A stretch of DNA of 64,000 nucleotides from Vicugna vicugna (Eukaryota). Shown piece after piece: positions 1 to 13,062 of this stretch. The position numbers and the translations under genes are program-made. Where the stretch lies: positions 7,812,302-7,876,301 of the forward strand of contig MU058065.1 of assembly GCA_013265495.1 (NCBI GenBank). Direction: 5' to 3'. The notes below the pieces were generated by a model. That model made no database searches. It worked only from the letters and a program-made list of their open reading frames with translations, and was not told where the DNA came from. Position 1 is the first letter of the stretch. Each line of letters starts with the position of its first letter.

Positions 1-183
1 CCTCACCCCTACAGCTGTGGCCACAGATGATGCATGAAAAATTAGAACTGAATTCTCTCCAACTTCAGGAATTTGCATATGGTTTCTGTAAAGCTATTTA
101 GTTAATATTTTTATTTCAGTAGACTTCCTTTTTTACGTTAATAAATTTTATTTTATGGGAAATTTTACACTACTACTCTAAAT

Positions 184-405
184 CAAGAACAGCAAACAAA
201 GGCCTGTCGGCCAAACCTGGCCAGCCACCTGTTTTTTCAAATAAAGTTTTATTGTAACGCAGCCATGCCCATCTGTTTGCATGTTGTCGATGGCTGCTAT
301 TGCGTTCCAACAGCATGGTTAAGTAGTTGCAATAGAGACCTTATGGCCTGCAAGGGCAAAAGAATTTACCAACTGGCTCTTTGCAGAAAAAGTTTGTCTA
401 CCCCT
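184..405. mobile_element. MER58A-like hAT-Charlie MITE
   Basis: Matches the recalled MER58A layout: cagcaaac..ggcc..ggccaaa..cacctgttttt..aataaagttttattg..cagccatgccca..tggctgct..agtagttgcaa.agagacc.tatggcctgcaa..agaaaaagtttg..acccct. Confidence 0.8.
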
Positions 406-524
406 TCTCTTAGCAAAAACCAGCAACACATAACTAGAAGGGAAAAGCAAAAAATAATATACTGGAAACAAAATAGTATCAAATTCCAGCTAGGGTCTGT
501 TATTTTTACTCAATAAAATAAATA

Positions 525-930
525 TCCATTCCATTCCTTTATTCATTATATATTGAGCACTTGCTCAAGACACTCTGAGAGATTCTGGGGACACAAAGAC
601 TAACAAGATAGAAAGGTCCCTGCTTTCATGGGGTTTATGCTCTAGTGGAGATGGACAGGCATTGAAAAATGATTACCCCCCCTTATACAAAAAATGAGAT
701 ATCCAGTTTATCTTTGATTTTCATTGTGACAGAAAACAACAACAAAATACCTAACGGATGACTGAGAGTTGGGTAGAGGGTCCTTTCAATTGGGGGCTCA
801 AGGAAAATCTCTCTGAGAAGGTGACATTGCCAGAATTCCTGGAAGAAAGAACAGAAGGTACAAAGGCCCTGAGGCAGAAATGGGCTTGATGTGTTTGTTC
901 TGGGCAACTGGATGGCCATCTCTGATATTG
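525..930 (-). mobile_element. LINE2 (L2) 3' fragment
   Basis: Reverse L2 tail motifs: attcatt..tattgagcactt..ctggggacacaaag..gtccctgctttcatggggttta..ctagtgg, then aaggtacaaaggccctgaggcag. Confidence 0.7.
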
Positions 931-1104
931 TTCCACCAGTCTGCGCACACAGGGGGCTATTGATTTGGTTTGTCACGTTGTTTTTTGGAGGGAAACATAC
1001 CTATTTCATTGACTTTTGGGGCATTATGCTGCCTAAGGGCTGGATCTGGGCCTGAAGCATGACTCTGAACCATTCTTGGGGAGAACCATGAAGTGGGGTG
1101 CCCC

Positions 1105-1490
1105 CCTGGGTTCTCTGGAGGCAGGTGCTGAGATGGAGCTTGGGGGAATGCTATTTACTAGGGATCAACACTCATAAAAGGAAAGAGGTAGAAGTAGAAT
1201 TGGGCAGAGGAAGAAGCTAAACCACATATGAGGTAGCCCGATGAGGCCTTGGTCAAGCTCTGGGCAGCTCCAAGTGAGCACCGCTGCTCAGTCAAGCAGA
1301 ACTAGCCAGGCCTATGTGCCTCACCTTGCAAGGTCACTGGAGGTAGGTTACCTAACAAAGGCATGACCTTGAACAAAGTGGTTCTCTGTGCTGGGGCTCA
1401 CCCTGAAGGAGCTGACAGCTGGAAACTGTCTACCGACAGGATACCTGCAACTGGGCAACAAGTCCTTTCCAGAAAGGGCATCGGGTTGTG
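1105..1490 (-). mobile_element. LTR16-like ERVL solo LTR
   Basis: gggttctctggaggcag..ctgagatggag..gggatcaacac..attgggcagaggaagaag..ggcatgaccttg..gagctgacagctgg match the reverse of the recalled LTR16 consensus. Confidence 0.65.
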
Positions 1491-4400
1491 TGTCTCCAGG
1501 TCACTCAACAGGGGAAACACGTTCCCTGAAGAATGTGATACGTCCTCTTTCCGTTGTTCTACCCCAAATCCCTGGCCCTCTGTGTATCTCCAATTCTCCT
1601 TAGAACCGTATAGTCAGCTAAGGCATCAGCTGGACTGACTTATAGGACAAAAGTTTTCCTTTGAGGACTCAAAGATGGAAAGTCATCAGGAACCAATAAA
1701 TAAATAAATGTGTCCACTAACTCTTCTAATAAGAAATTATGAGTCAGATTACTGTACATAGCAGAGAAAAACTTAGAAGCTCAGCTACCATGTGCAGTTG
1801 GGGTTCGTGCTCCTAAAAACACCCTTAATAGACTCCCAGCTTCTAGGGAGCCTTGTGAGCCTGGCCCGCCCTGAAGCCCTCCATACTTTGGTCCCCTGGA
1901 CACCGGCAGCTTCCCCGGGCCTGGCTGACTAATTCACCACAGTGATCGGGAGAACCAGTGTAGTTACTCACCAAAAACCACTGGACTGGATCAAAGGTCC
2001 TCTTCAGCTCAGGAAAAAAAAAAACCCAGAAATTCCCCCAAGGAGCCCCTGACAGGTCTGAAAGTGGGAGAGCAAGTGACTGTGGTCAAGATTCCACTTC
2101 TCCCAGGCTGCTCCAGGGGATTCTGCAAGAGCAGAAACCTCTCTTCACAAAGAACAGTGTGAAAATCCTCGATTTAGGCCAATCAGCTTACCTGAAAGAT
2201 GTGTTGTTTGGGGTTAACTGTTGTTTGTGGTACCTTCCCCTACTCCACCCGGTCAAGCAGAGAGGCCCATGGCAGTGAGGTGACTGGGCGAGATCACACA
2301 GCCAGACCCTGCAGAACCCCTTCTTCCCTGTCTTCTTTGTCGTTGTCCCTGCGATGTCCTGTCCTCCCTATGGCTGCTCTTTTTGGCTGCTGGGTTCCCT
2401 CTTAGCTCCATTGGGCCCGCGCCCCTCCAGCCTGAGCCCAGCTCACCTTCTTTCGGAGGACTAGCGATCACGTTGTCAGCATCCCCTCCCAACACCTCCA
2501 TCCAACTGCTTCCTTGCACACGTGCCAGGACCTCCCTCAACAGTGAGAGATTTTCCAGGCCCCACCACTGCTCTGGGTACCTCCTGTAGGGTCTTCACAG
2601 GAAGACCTTGCAGACAACCAAGAAATGGTGCCACACAGCTCCTGGAAAAAGCCCATGTGCATGTGTTCAGTGGAGCTGACTGTGAACCCCAGGAAGGCAG
2701 GAGGTGGGGGAATAGCCTGAGAGGGACGGGTTCAGACAGGGAGGGAGCAGCTGGCAGGGTCCCTGGACCCACTCTGGCTGGCCTAAAAGAGGGCGTTCAT
2801 GACTCCCCTTGCCCTCTGTGCCCAGTGGGGCTTCCTCAACCTTGTTAGGGGGTAGAACATGCTCCCCCCAGCGCCACCCCCACCTGCAGGAAGAATTCTG
2901 ACCTCACCCCCAGAGAGCTTCGGAGGCTGCTGTATGAGGAGCCAACTAATAATTACTTCTGCGCAATCTGCCCATGGGCCTGAGCCTCAAACCAAGTCCT
3001 TGACACATTGAAAATGGATTTACAAATGTAAAATTGGGGAGGTGAGTGCCCTATGGTGAGATCCAGCAAAAGGATGATCTAGGTATGGAAGGACAACAGG
3101 TGGAGACAGACAACCTCGGAGGGGCATTTTTCAAACAGGACCTTCTGCAGCAGAACCCCGGGACATGTGTTTTAATTTTAGATTCCTCAGACCTACAGAC
3201 CAGAGCTTACTAAGGGGTCCCAGCAACACGCAGTTTATCAAGATCCTCAGTACAGACAGCACCACTGACCAGACGGAGCCTAGCCTGGTGTCCATCAGAG
3301 AACCGGTGAGCTTCTTAGAACCTCTATGTCTTCTCTGTAAAACTGATTGCCCAGTTCCTTTTACTTTCTGAAGATTTTTCCCTTTACAATATATTTTTAT
3401 CTGTATGGGATCACCCCTATCAGACAGGCAGGCTATGCCAAGGAAAGGGCCTGAGGTCGGGAGGGTGTGGGAGCAGCAGGCAGAGGCTGCAGTCACCGGA
3501 TGGTTGAAGAAGCCACCTAAGCTTATCACCCCCTTGACCAAGTCACCACAGCGAGAGGAAGAAGGATGTCCAGGAACCGGGGAGCACCCAACCGAGAGGT
3601 GACTGGACAGTCATAGCTAAGAAGTCAAGAGCTAAGGGGACCAAAGGAAGTCAGGAAGGGAGGGGGCTTTCCTGGGAAATAGAGGACCAGTCTTTGTGGG
3701 ATGGATGATGAAGGGTGATGGGGGAAGAAGCCCATTCCTGGAGTGGCTGGGGGGCCTCAGGCATGTCTCAGGGAAGTTTAGTGAAATGCTGTTCTCTCCA
3801 GGAGCCTGGAAGGGTGTGGCCATCTTGGGATGGGTGTGAAGAGGTCATAGTTCCTGAAGGAGACATCTGTCAGTCCACATCTGTTTCCAGCCAAGCTGAG
3901 CAGGAAAGGCTTTGGGATGGCTGTAAGCCCAGGGATCAGAGATGGGAAGTGATGGTGGCATGAATCACTTGGGAAGGAGAGAGGAGAAAATGGCCAAGGC
4001 ATGAGGCTTCTCCCACCTGACTCCTTATTGTCTCCTTTCTGGCTCCTTTTTCCACTCTGTCCCAAGGTCCCGGGGCCACAAGGCTGCTCCTCACCCTCAC
4101 CTGACAGAATGCCTCCTTAAGATCCACTGCCAGTCTGTCCATCCAGCTCCATCACCTCCAAGGAGGCAGTGAGACTGCCTTCGGCCTTTGAGGGCTATTG
4201 TTTTTTAGACAGCTAAGGAGCATGATGAACTATTGAAGGAATAAAAATGGACAACGTGACAGCCTTAAAGCAGGACTTCAATGTCGCATGACATTGCGGG
4301 ACAAGAAGGTCTCTCCAGAAGCCATCAAATCTGGATAGGATTCTATTTAAAGATACAACCTTTCACTCTCTCAGCTTCCACTCCAGCTATCCCACCTCTC

Positions 4401-4899
4401 CCCTTTCCTGTCTTCTCTGAACAGGAAACATATCTAAACACAGCCCTTGGCATAATACATCTTACCCCATCAGAGGAAGAGGGTCACAAGTAGATCATAC
4501 TTGTCCACGTTCCTCTCTTTCCCCAGCCCCCACCCAGGACATCTCAGAGCAACAGCCTGGTTCTAGGATTGACCAATGTTCCCAGGAAGGATGGGAGCAA
4601 AAATACAAAGACCTCACCCCAAACCAAAGTTTTAGATGGCTGTGCCAGACTTGACATGCTGAAAGCCAGGACAGGTGGGAGAGATCAGCCCCTGATCTGT
4701 ACTGCAGAGGATCCTTGGGGCCACCCTTGGGCAGACATTCAGAGGAATAGCCTGGCAGACAACACAAGTATCCATTTATATCTTCAGCTCTCTGGTACCC
4801 ACAAACAAATGCACTATAGGCACCTGTTTCATTTTGTTCACCTCTCCCCTCTTATATCCACAGTATTTAGGGGAGAGCACCTATACCCCAACAGCTTCC

Positions 4900-5272
4900 C
4901 ATCTCAGCCACTATCATCTCTCTTCCCCAGGCTTCCTCTGGCAAACATGATTTGCCTACACCTGGAGCAAGTTGAAAGTATAGGGGAGTCAATGCTCCAG
5001 GAGCAATGAGTGAGGTGGATAAACAGTTGGTGGATAAACACCCTGCCTTTTTCACGAGGTGGGTGCCTCTGAGCCAGTCCCCATCAGGACTGAGACCAGT
5101 TGCCCACATGGGCAACCTTGCTCATGAACATACATCCCTTACTGACTTCCCTCCCTTCCCTGTCCCATTTTTCCTCTTCCCCACCATGTTTCCTGGAATC
5201 ATCTCATAAATCAACTCTTGCATCCAAATCCTTGATTCAAGGTATGCTTTGGGAGAAACATAAATTAAGATC
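4900..5272 (+). mobile_element. LTR33-like ERVL solo LTR
   Basis: 3' half reads cttccctcccttccctgtccca..ttcctggaatcatctcataaatcaactcttgcatccaaatccttgattcaaggtatgctttggg..aaattaaga, typical of LTR33/LTR16-group ends. Confidence 0.6.
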
Positions 5273-6109
5273 ATCTGGGGCAGAAAGAATGAACTGTAGG
5301 GACTATTCACACCCTCTAAATGGAGTCTGTTACTATACACCCCTATTGCCTATGCCAGGGCAAATACCAACCATCAAAGATATGGAGAGAAAGAAGGGAG
5401 TGGGAACTGGGCAAACCCGCAGACATTACTCAAGTCTAGAACACCCAAGTACACAGAGGGGTCTTTTCATCTCCCTTGGGCCACTTTTATCTGGCACAGG
5501 AAGGCAGAGTGATTTTACATAAAGCAAGCAAAAGGTGCTCTGAGGAGCTGGGTCAATCCCAGTCATGACTTCCATTCATAAGTGCCTCCTCTTAGGGAGT
5601 TCAGTTCTGCCTCTCTCAGACCCTGCAAAAACTTACGAACAAACTTCAGAAAACCCTGGCAAACTAGAAAATACAAAACAGTGAGCATGGGTTAAGGGGA
5701 CTTTGTGTTGCTTAGAAAGAAAGGAAACATCTTGAATTGCTTTCCCAAGAGCCCCAAATGTGAAGCCAGCCTGTAGCCACAAACGTGGTCCTTCCTTGCA
5801 CACAGCACATAGCCTGCCTTCTAAGCGTCTGGGATGCTTGCTCCCCACACCTCCCTTCCCTTTCTCATTCGTCTCTTTCACCAGCTGACCTTTCCTCTCT
5901 CAGCCCACCCCAGCCACTTGGCCACTAAACCACAGGAGATGAGGAGGAATTGCAGGGGAGAAGCTGGGAGCATTCTGGGTGGCCAGAGGGTGAGCAATTC
6001 CATCAGTGAGCCCATGGAGGGGAGGTAAGTTCCCAACACTGGAGCTTAGAGCCACGGGGGAGGGCTGGGCTGAGGGCGAGGGTGACCTTCCTTGATTCTG
6101 AAACCCTTG

Positions 6110-6250
6110 TGTATTTTCAAGGAAATTTTATCCATATGTTTCTGATTCATTTACACTTAACTCATCAAAATGTTATTTGGTAAGAGCTATTTGAAGTCCA
6201 AGAAGCCTTATAACAGTCTGTTTAATGAGCCCAAAGAGCTTTTTCACTTT
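6110..6250 (+). repeat. Ancient conserved AT-rich interspersed element (tentatively MER135-like)
   Basis: aaattttatccatatgtttctgattcatttacacttaactcatcaaaatgtt..gtaagagctatttga.gtccaagaagcc is a sequence I recall from multiple mammalian loci. The family name is tentative. Confidence 0.45.
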
Positions 6251-7614
6251 CTTTCGTTTTTTAGGAAGGGGAATGGGATTTTTTTCCCCCTCTTTTCTCT
6301 CCAGAAAAGCAAGCTGTCATATCCTGTACAGTGATTCAGGCCTATGAATCACAAATCTTTGGAAAGACCATGAGATAGGACGGCAAAAGTCCAAGTATTG
6401 GGCTCTGATCTGCCCTGACCTGAGGACCTGTCTCTAGATGGCTCAGCTTCTCAGAGATTATTCAATCATCCAGGCTCTCTCTGCATGTGGCAGAGAAAGA
6501 CGCTTAAAACTAGAGGGCTCTTACAGCAGTGAAGTTCCTGAAATTCCTAACTTCTGTATTTTCTGTCACCTCTCCACCCTCTATGCCTTGCCCAGACTTC
6601 AGTAAGGTAATTCTGTTCTGAATTAAAATCTTCAAGATGAAGATAACTCGGAAGGAATATGTGTGGCAAAGGGCAAAAGCAATTTTTTAATGAGTACTGA
6701 AGCTTTAGTCTCTAGAGTCGACTGAACCTCAGCCCAAATAAGAAAACATAGGTTGAAAGAGGGAACCATTTGATGAAAACAGAGGCAGGAAAAACTTACC
6801 ACCAGGAACAGGAACCACCAGATTATTAACCAAGGAAAATAGAATCTTCCTTCCTGCACATAAATGAAAGTCAGACTCACTTTCTCCTTATTACATCACT
6901 GACCTACTAAGTTGATCATTAGCTGCCCTTCCTGGAGGCAGGAGAATGGACAAGTTGACCTTCAGAAGACCCTTGCTCGCCCCAGGACTTTTACAATTTG
7001 TCCATTAGCCCCACTTAGCCCAGTTAGAGTCCACTAAGAACAGAGGGTCATTATGTCATTCTTTCCTTAAGACCACAGACTCCCAAGGATGAAAAGGTCA
7101 GATGCCTCAGGGGCAGCCCACAGTTGCTTGTGCTTTGTCATTCAGAGTAAGCACAAAGCGAAAAGACTAACTAAGGCTCTCCCAGCTGGTAAACCTAGCC
7201 CCCAGCCTTTTTCCCTCATTCAACATGGCAGCGACCGGGCTGCTTTGATTATTCTGGCTACTGAGCAAACAGTTGAGGTACCACGAGTGAGGACGGCAGC
7301 TTAGGTGCTGGATGTCTTCATGTACTTAGAGTGGGGGGTGGGGCAACTGATGGCATCTGTGTGCAAGTGAATGTTGATGTCCCTAGAGTCCCAGATCCAG
7401 AGAATTTCATTGCTTACTGAGCATCTAAGTCTAGCCACCCCCACTGCAGAGATGCTGTCCAGCCCTGCATCATTTTTTCTCTCTCATAGTAAAGTTCCAG
7501 TTTATGGATGGAACGATTCTTGTGTCAATCAACACATCTTTATTGAATGTCTAGGTAGAGGGATAGAGAGAGGAGGAGGGAAGGGAAAGAGAGGAGAGGA
7601 GAGAATCCAAAACA

Positions 7615-7790
7615 GAAGCTTTGATCTTTTGCAATCTAATCTTAGAAGTGACATCCCATTGTTTCCGCTATATTCTGTTCACTAGAAGCAGGTTGATAAG
7701 TCCATGCTCAAGACAAGGGAATCACACAAGGGTGTGAATACCAGGACACAGGGACCATTGGGGGTCACATTGGAGGCTGCCTCCCATACA
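7615..7790 (-). mobile_element. MLT1 (J/I/K-like) MaLR LTR fragment
   Basis: ttagaagtgacatcccatt..tattctgttcactagaagca..acacaagggtgtgaataccagga..ggggtcacattggaggctgcc..caca. Confidence 0.6.
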
Positions 7791-8499
7791 CCACTAGGTT
7801 AGAAGCCAGGGGTATGCATCCTAGCTGTTTCAGCCTCTGCCATTTTCGGGCATGAAGCCTCTGGGACCTCCATTCTATCGGTAAAGTGAATGAGCTAAGA
7901 TGGCTTTGCAGTTGATTAGAACCACAACCTGGTGCCATTGAAGAGTGGTTGGCAGACCTCTTAGATGACTAAGTGCCTTGGAAAGTCAATGAACCCCCAA
8001 CTTTTTATGAAAAACCATCTTCTCAGCCCATACACATGAACCTTCTATTGTGATAGCCCTCCTGGGAAGGACACCACTTCTCCTAATCCATACCAATACC
8101 TCACTCTCTTCTCTGGTGGGAAAGTTTCCTGGAGCCCAACCCTTATTTGTTCCACTGAAGCTTTGTCCCTTCTTATCTGTGTCTGGTCTCATTAGTACCA
8201 GAGAACAGCTTTTCTAGCTTTATCTCTCTAATAACTTTCACATATCTTGAATGTGGAGAACCTGGCCCCTTGTGTGTCTGGGTGAGATGATTTCCCTCTA
8301 ACCAGGCAAATAACTGGTACTTACTTCAAACATGAGGAGGTTGTGCTCATCTGATCACATGGCTCATTCTTTTATTGATTTTCCCTGTGGTCTTTTTGAC
8401 CATGGACCATCAGATCAGAAAGATCCTGAAGGAGAGAGAGAAAACTACAAAAAATTAGGAAAAGAGGACAAGGGGGCAGTTATTTGAAATTGAAATTGA

Positions 8500-8665
8500 C
8501 ACTATGCTTAGCACCTAACACATCATCTCATTGACTCTTCCCAGCAGACCTTTGTGAAGGTCATTATCCTCACTTTGTAGCAGAGAGGACTCAGGCTCAG
8601 TGTCCACAACTGGAAAGTGTCAGAGTCAAGGACAAGTCCAGGTCTGTTTTACATTAAGCCTTGAA
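8500..8665 (-). mobile_element. MIR SINE fragment
   Basis: catctcattgactcttcccagca..attatcctcactttgtagcagagaggactcaggctcag..agtccaggtctg. Confidence 0.55.
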
Positions 8666-9604
8666 TCACTCTTAAGACTTGCTTCACAGCACATCAGGTT
8701 AGTTTGGGGTAAAGCAAATCCTTTCTTTAACCAATAAAAGAAAGCATTGTCAGAATCCTGTAAGTGTAAATGAACAAGAGCCACAAAAGTGACTTCCTTT
8801 ATTCCTACTTGTAGGCAATTATCCTCCTGATGCCCTCTATGGACTGAAGTTTCTCTTTAAGAACCAGACTTCATTAGGACTACAGATGCATCAGGGGAAG
8901 ATCAGAGGTGAGAAGAATCAGATCCCAGAGGTAGTTGGGACTGAGGACCTCGTCCAGCTGAGTAGGTTAATTCCAACCTCCATCCTCCTCTCTCATGACC
9001 ATGTGCGGGAGGAGAAGGCAATCAGGCCACTCAAGGCTGGCCCGGGTGCTGAGACAGGTAGACCATCAGCCTAACTTTCCCCTACCTCTCTCCTGGCCTT
9101 CTTCTTGATCCAGGAGCCTCCTAGGTCTGGGAGGAGAAGGTTTCTCTCCTCATACTGAAATCTTTCTGGACTGTGCCCAGCCTGGCTAAGGAGGACCAGC
9201 TGTGTGAGGATGGAAGCGAAGTCTGTAAACCACATACAAATTTTACTTACTGCCATAAATACATCAAAATAATAAGAATTTGATAGTCCCTCACGGCCTC
9301 CCTCACTCTCTCTTGGCTTTGATTGGAGAGACTGAGAACCACCCACTAAGGCCAATTTTGCTTGAGGCTCAGGCATTTGCTCCTGCTTCTAACCCAGGAC
9401 CCCCACAAAGCCCACTAGAGTGACTCATTGAAGAGAGCAGCCATCGCAGAGCTGACTGAAGAATTTTCTTTCCCTCTGCCACACTGACTCAATGCCCGAA
9501 CCCTACCTGCAAGGGCACAGAATGGGTTTATGCCTCATCTGTTAAGCCATGGGCCCCTTTCAGTGGATGCAAGATCTTTAACTGCCAAGAGGCCAATGTG
9601 TTCA

Positions 9605-9845
9605 CTATTACAAAGTACCTATCACTGTAAGCACTGTGTTCCGCTTGTGGTGAGGACTATCTCATTTAATCCTCAGACCAGCCTAATGAGGAGAGCTGCT
9701 TTTTATTCCCCAGCCCCTTCACAAATGAGAGAACTGAGAATCCAGGTGGTTAGGAAACACACTGAAAGTGACAGAGCTAGAGTGATTGAACTAGGATTTG
9801 GATCCAGATAAGGATTTGGATCCAGGCAGTCTGACCCTCTTGACT
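9605..9845 (-). mobile_element. MIR SINE
   Basis: atctcatttaatcctca..acaaatgagagaactgagaatccag..aggatttggatccaggcagtctgac. Contains a local 15-bp duplication. Confidence 0.7.
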
Positions 9846-11363
9846 GCTGCTCAGTGAGACCCATGATACTCCACAGCTCTCAGTAAGCACAGCTGGAAGT
9901 AGCTCCTCCCAGTTTGGAAAGACAAAGCTGTGACTTGCACTTGCAATGTCTTTAAGAACAAGCTCCTCCAGGGAGACCGTGTCCTCCCCAGATCAGGCAT
10001 CAAATCAGTTCAAGGGTCTGAGACATGGGGACCCCCTGGCCACCTCACTGTCTAGGGTAGCACCATTAGGGAAGGGCTTTCTGCTGGGCAGCCAGCAGCT
10101 TTCTCCCCAGCTCATGCTCTTCCCTTCAGGAGCCCCCAATTTTTCTTGCCAGGCAGGGTGACAAGAGGGACAAAGGGTAAGGAGTTCCCCATTTGGAACT
10201 GGGAGTCCAGCCTCTCCATGTGTCCTCAGACTCTCTGCAAATCCAGTGCTTAGAGACTGTGATTTGAGAACCAGAAGGGAGGAGGAGGAGCAGGCATCTG
10301 CATCCCTGGCTGTAAAGCTACATCTCTCAAATGGGACATCTGGATTGTACAATCTCTGAGGTCCCATTGGATGCACCCCTAGTGGCATCAGTGCAGAAGT
10401 TGTGAAGAGGGCAAACATGGAGAGTTGGACAAGGAGGCCCACTGAAATTAACTTACACATGCAGGTTTTTGAGCTGTCAGGAGCCTGAGGAATCACACAG
10501 TACAGCCCCTTCATGTTACTCATGGGGGAAATGAATTCTAGAGAATTGCTTTTGAAACCCTTCATTGGGCTGACTCCAGTCCTGGTTAGCCTGCTCTGTG
10601 TGTGTCCACCAGGTCTTCTGCTACCTGCAGCCAGAAACTCCTCAGAACCTTCTGGAAAGCCTTGAGCTGGCAGTCCCAGTGGCAACTCCTTGATCTAGGA
10701 ATATTTACATTTCAACAAGAGGCACTCTAGAAAGATGAAAAGAATCAAAGCAAAGAAACCATGTGATCTATTATCTAAACTGGTGGACTTTTCAAAGGGA
10801 TAAGGATGAGGGAAAACCAGGAGAAATGGGGACGTATGTCAGATTAACCATAAAAGATCTTCAGGTCTTTCTTGGTGGAGAAGGAAGCATAGCCTTGGGT
10901 TGCAGACGGCTTGGGCTGGCTTATTCATTCAATCAATAGACACTTCCTGGACACCAAGACTGTGACAGATAGATAAGGAACTTCACATACATGGCCTAGA
11001 TTTTGGTAGTTCAGCTCCTACCACCAACTAGATGTGCTTTCACAGGCCACTGCCTCTCTCTGGGCCTCACTTAAATCTTCAGAAAAGAAAGAGTTGAACC
11101 AGGTCACCTCTGAGACCCCTCCCTTCAAGCTGTAGCATCTAGGAGTCTGTGGGACCTCTGGCTGAGAAAGGGGGTCCCAGCACAGCAACCTCCCCCCTTG
11201 CCAGCCCAATGCGCTAACCAGCAGAACACATGGTCTGGCCTCTCTCAGGACCCCAGGCCCCGTCTTTACCCAGCTTGCCCCAACCTCACCCCACATGTGT
11301 TGCTGCTCTTCCTGCCTAATGTGTAGGAATAAACTGGGAGACCTTGGGAAAAAACTGCAACAC

Positions 11364-11384
11364 CACACACACACACACACACAC
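11364..11384. repeat. (CA)n microsatellite
   Basis: About 10 CA units read directly. Confidence 0.9.
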
Positions 11385-12870
11385 TTCAGAATCCTAACAA
11401 ATGTTAAACGCCACGACATTCAAACAAGTGCAAGGGATATGCCAAGAATCCTCTGGCACTCCCTTCTGTGAAACACCTGGTCATGTTTAACCCAAGCCGA
11501 AAATATGATTTCCACGTGAGAGTCCTGGCAGCAATGGTCGGAGGCAGACTGGACACCCTCAGCAGGAGCTGGGCTAGCCTTAGTCACCCCCTCTTCTCCT
11601 AGGGGACAGGTTCCATCCCTGCTAGGCAGCAGGTGACAAAGAGGGAGAGCGCGAGGACTCCAGCTCTGGGCTACGTCCTTGCTTCAGATGCACTTTTAAC
11701 CTAAGCCCTGCCACCACCTCCCTGGGAGCCAGCAGATGGGAAAACAGAAGGGAGATGGCTGGTAGGGCCCATTGGCTTCCCGTGGAGGACCTCAGCCTAA
11801 TAGAAGTTGTCATGTGTCAGCTTAGGGCATGAGCAGAGCCCGCCTGGGCAGCAGCTGCTCCCACGGCCCTGGGCCAAAATGGTGCTCACGTGAGGAGGGG
11901 GTGTGCGTGAGTTGGTTCCAGAGAGCAGCCCCAGCTCAGAGGCTGGACAGAGGAAGGATCCCAGGACCCATAGCAGAAAACAATCAAGCAGCAGAGGAAG
12001 GCGAAGGGACTGTAAATATAAATTCAGCCTCTTCTTTAGCCAGTCCAGATCCTGGTGTTTAATGATGCTACCTCTCAGATGTGGCAAGTGAGAGAGAAGC
12101 AGGAAGGGCCAGGGGATACAGAACCCACTGCTAAGCTTGGTTCAACTCTTCCAAAAACTCCCAGCTCTTGCAGTCTTTATGCATTGAAGGGACCTTGGTG
12201 TCTGACACTCTCATTCTATGAATGAGTAACCTGACACCAGAGGTGTTTCAAGGACCTGTCCCATGGGGTTCAGCTGGTAGAGCCTCAGTCACCCAGCCCA
12301 GCACCTGACTTTGCATTCCATTCTCTTCTCTACTTCCTACCAATAAGATACATAAACGTTACAATAAAATCAACCATGAGCTTATTCATTTAATCTCTAT
12401 TTAAAGTATCACACATTTTTTTTTTTGGTTTGGAATCTTTACAAATCTCAAACATTATATTTTTGCAAATAATAATACTAAATTTTGTAATGTGGTGTAT
12501 TACAGCAACGTCTTCTTAAAATAGCTATAGAAGAGTAAAAGCCAATTTTTTTAATGTTTAAATTATACGGAAATTATAATATTTTACCAAATGCTGAATT
12601 TTCTTTATAACTGGCCAAACCGTGTCTAAATATGTCTAAACCTCCAGTTCCCCTAATGAAGCATTTGAATACATGGTACATGGATCTTTTTACAATCTAT
12701 GTGTTTCTCAGGCATGAGGTCTTAAGTTCCAGCAGTCATAAATTGTGAGTTTCTCCATCAGGGATAATCAGAAAAACTGTTTAGTTGTGTAAGAAATAAA
12801 GGAAGTGAAATTGTTACAGGTATGTTGAGGATTTTGCATTAAAACCTTACACCTACAGTCTGAGGGCAAA

Positions 12871-13062
12871 TTTATTTTATTTTATTTTATTTTACTTTAT
12901 TTTATTTTATTTTATTTATTTCAGTAAGAACGCAAAATAAGATACACCCTCTTAACAAATTTTTAAGCATAGAAGACAGCATTATTAAGGATAGGTATAA
13001 TGGTGCACAGCAGACCTCTAGAAGGTATTCTCCTTGCTTAAGAGAAACTTTATGCCCATTGG
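12871..13062 (-). mobile_element. L1MA-type LINE-1 extreme 3' end with (TTTTA)n tail
   Basis: (TTTTA)n at 12871-12920 is followed by gtaagaac..accctcttaacaaatttttaag..cagcagacctctagaa..aaactttatgcccatt, the reverse L1MA 3' UTR terminus. Confidence 0.7.

Noticed and set aside
10005..10685. Longest ORF in the track (226 aa, minus strand)
   Set aside because: Non-ATG start, no recognisable domain, composition typical of a chance ORF, and it appears to overlap degenerate repeat-like sequence.
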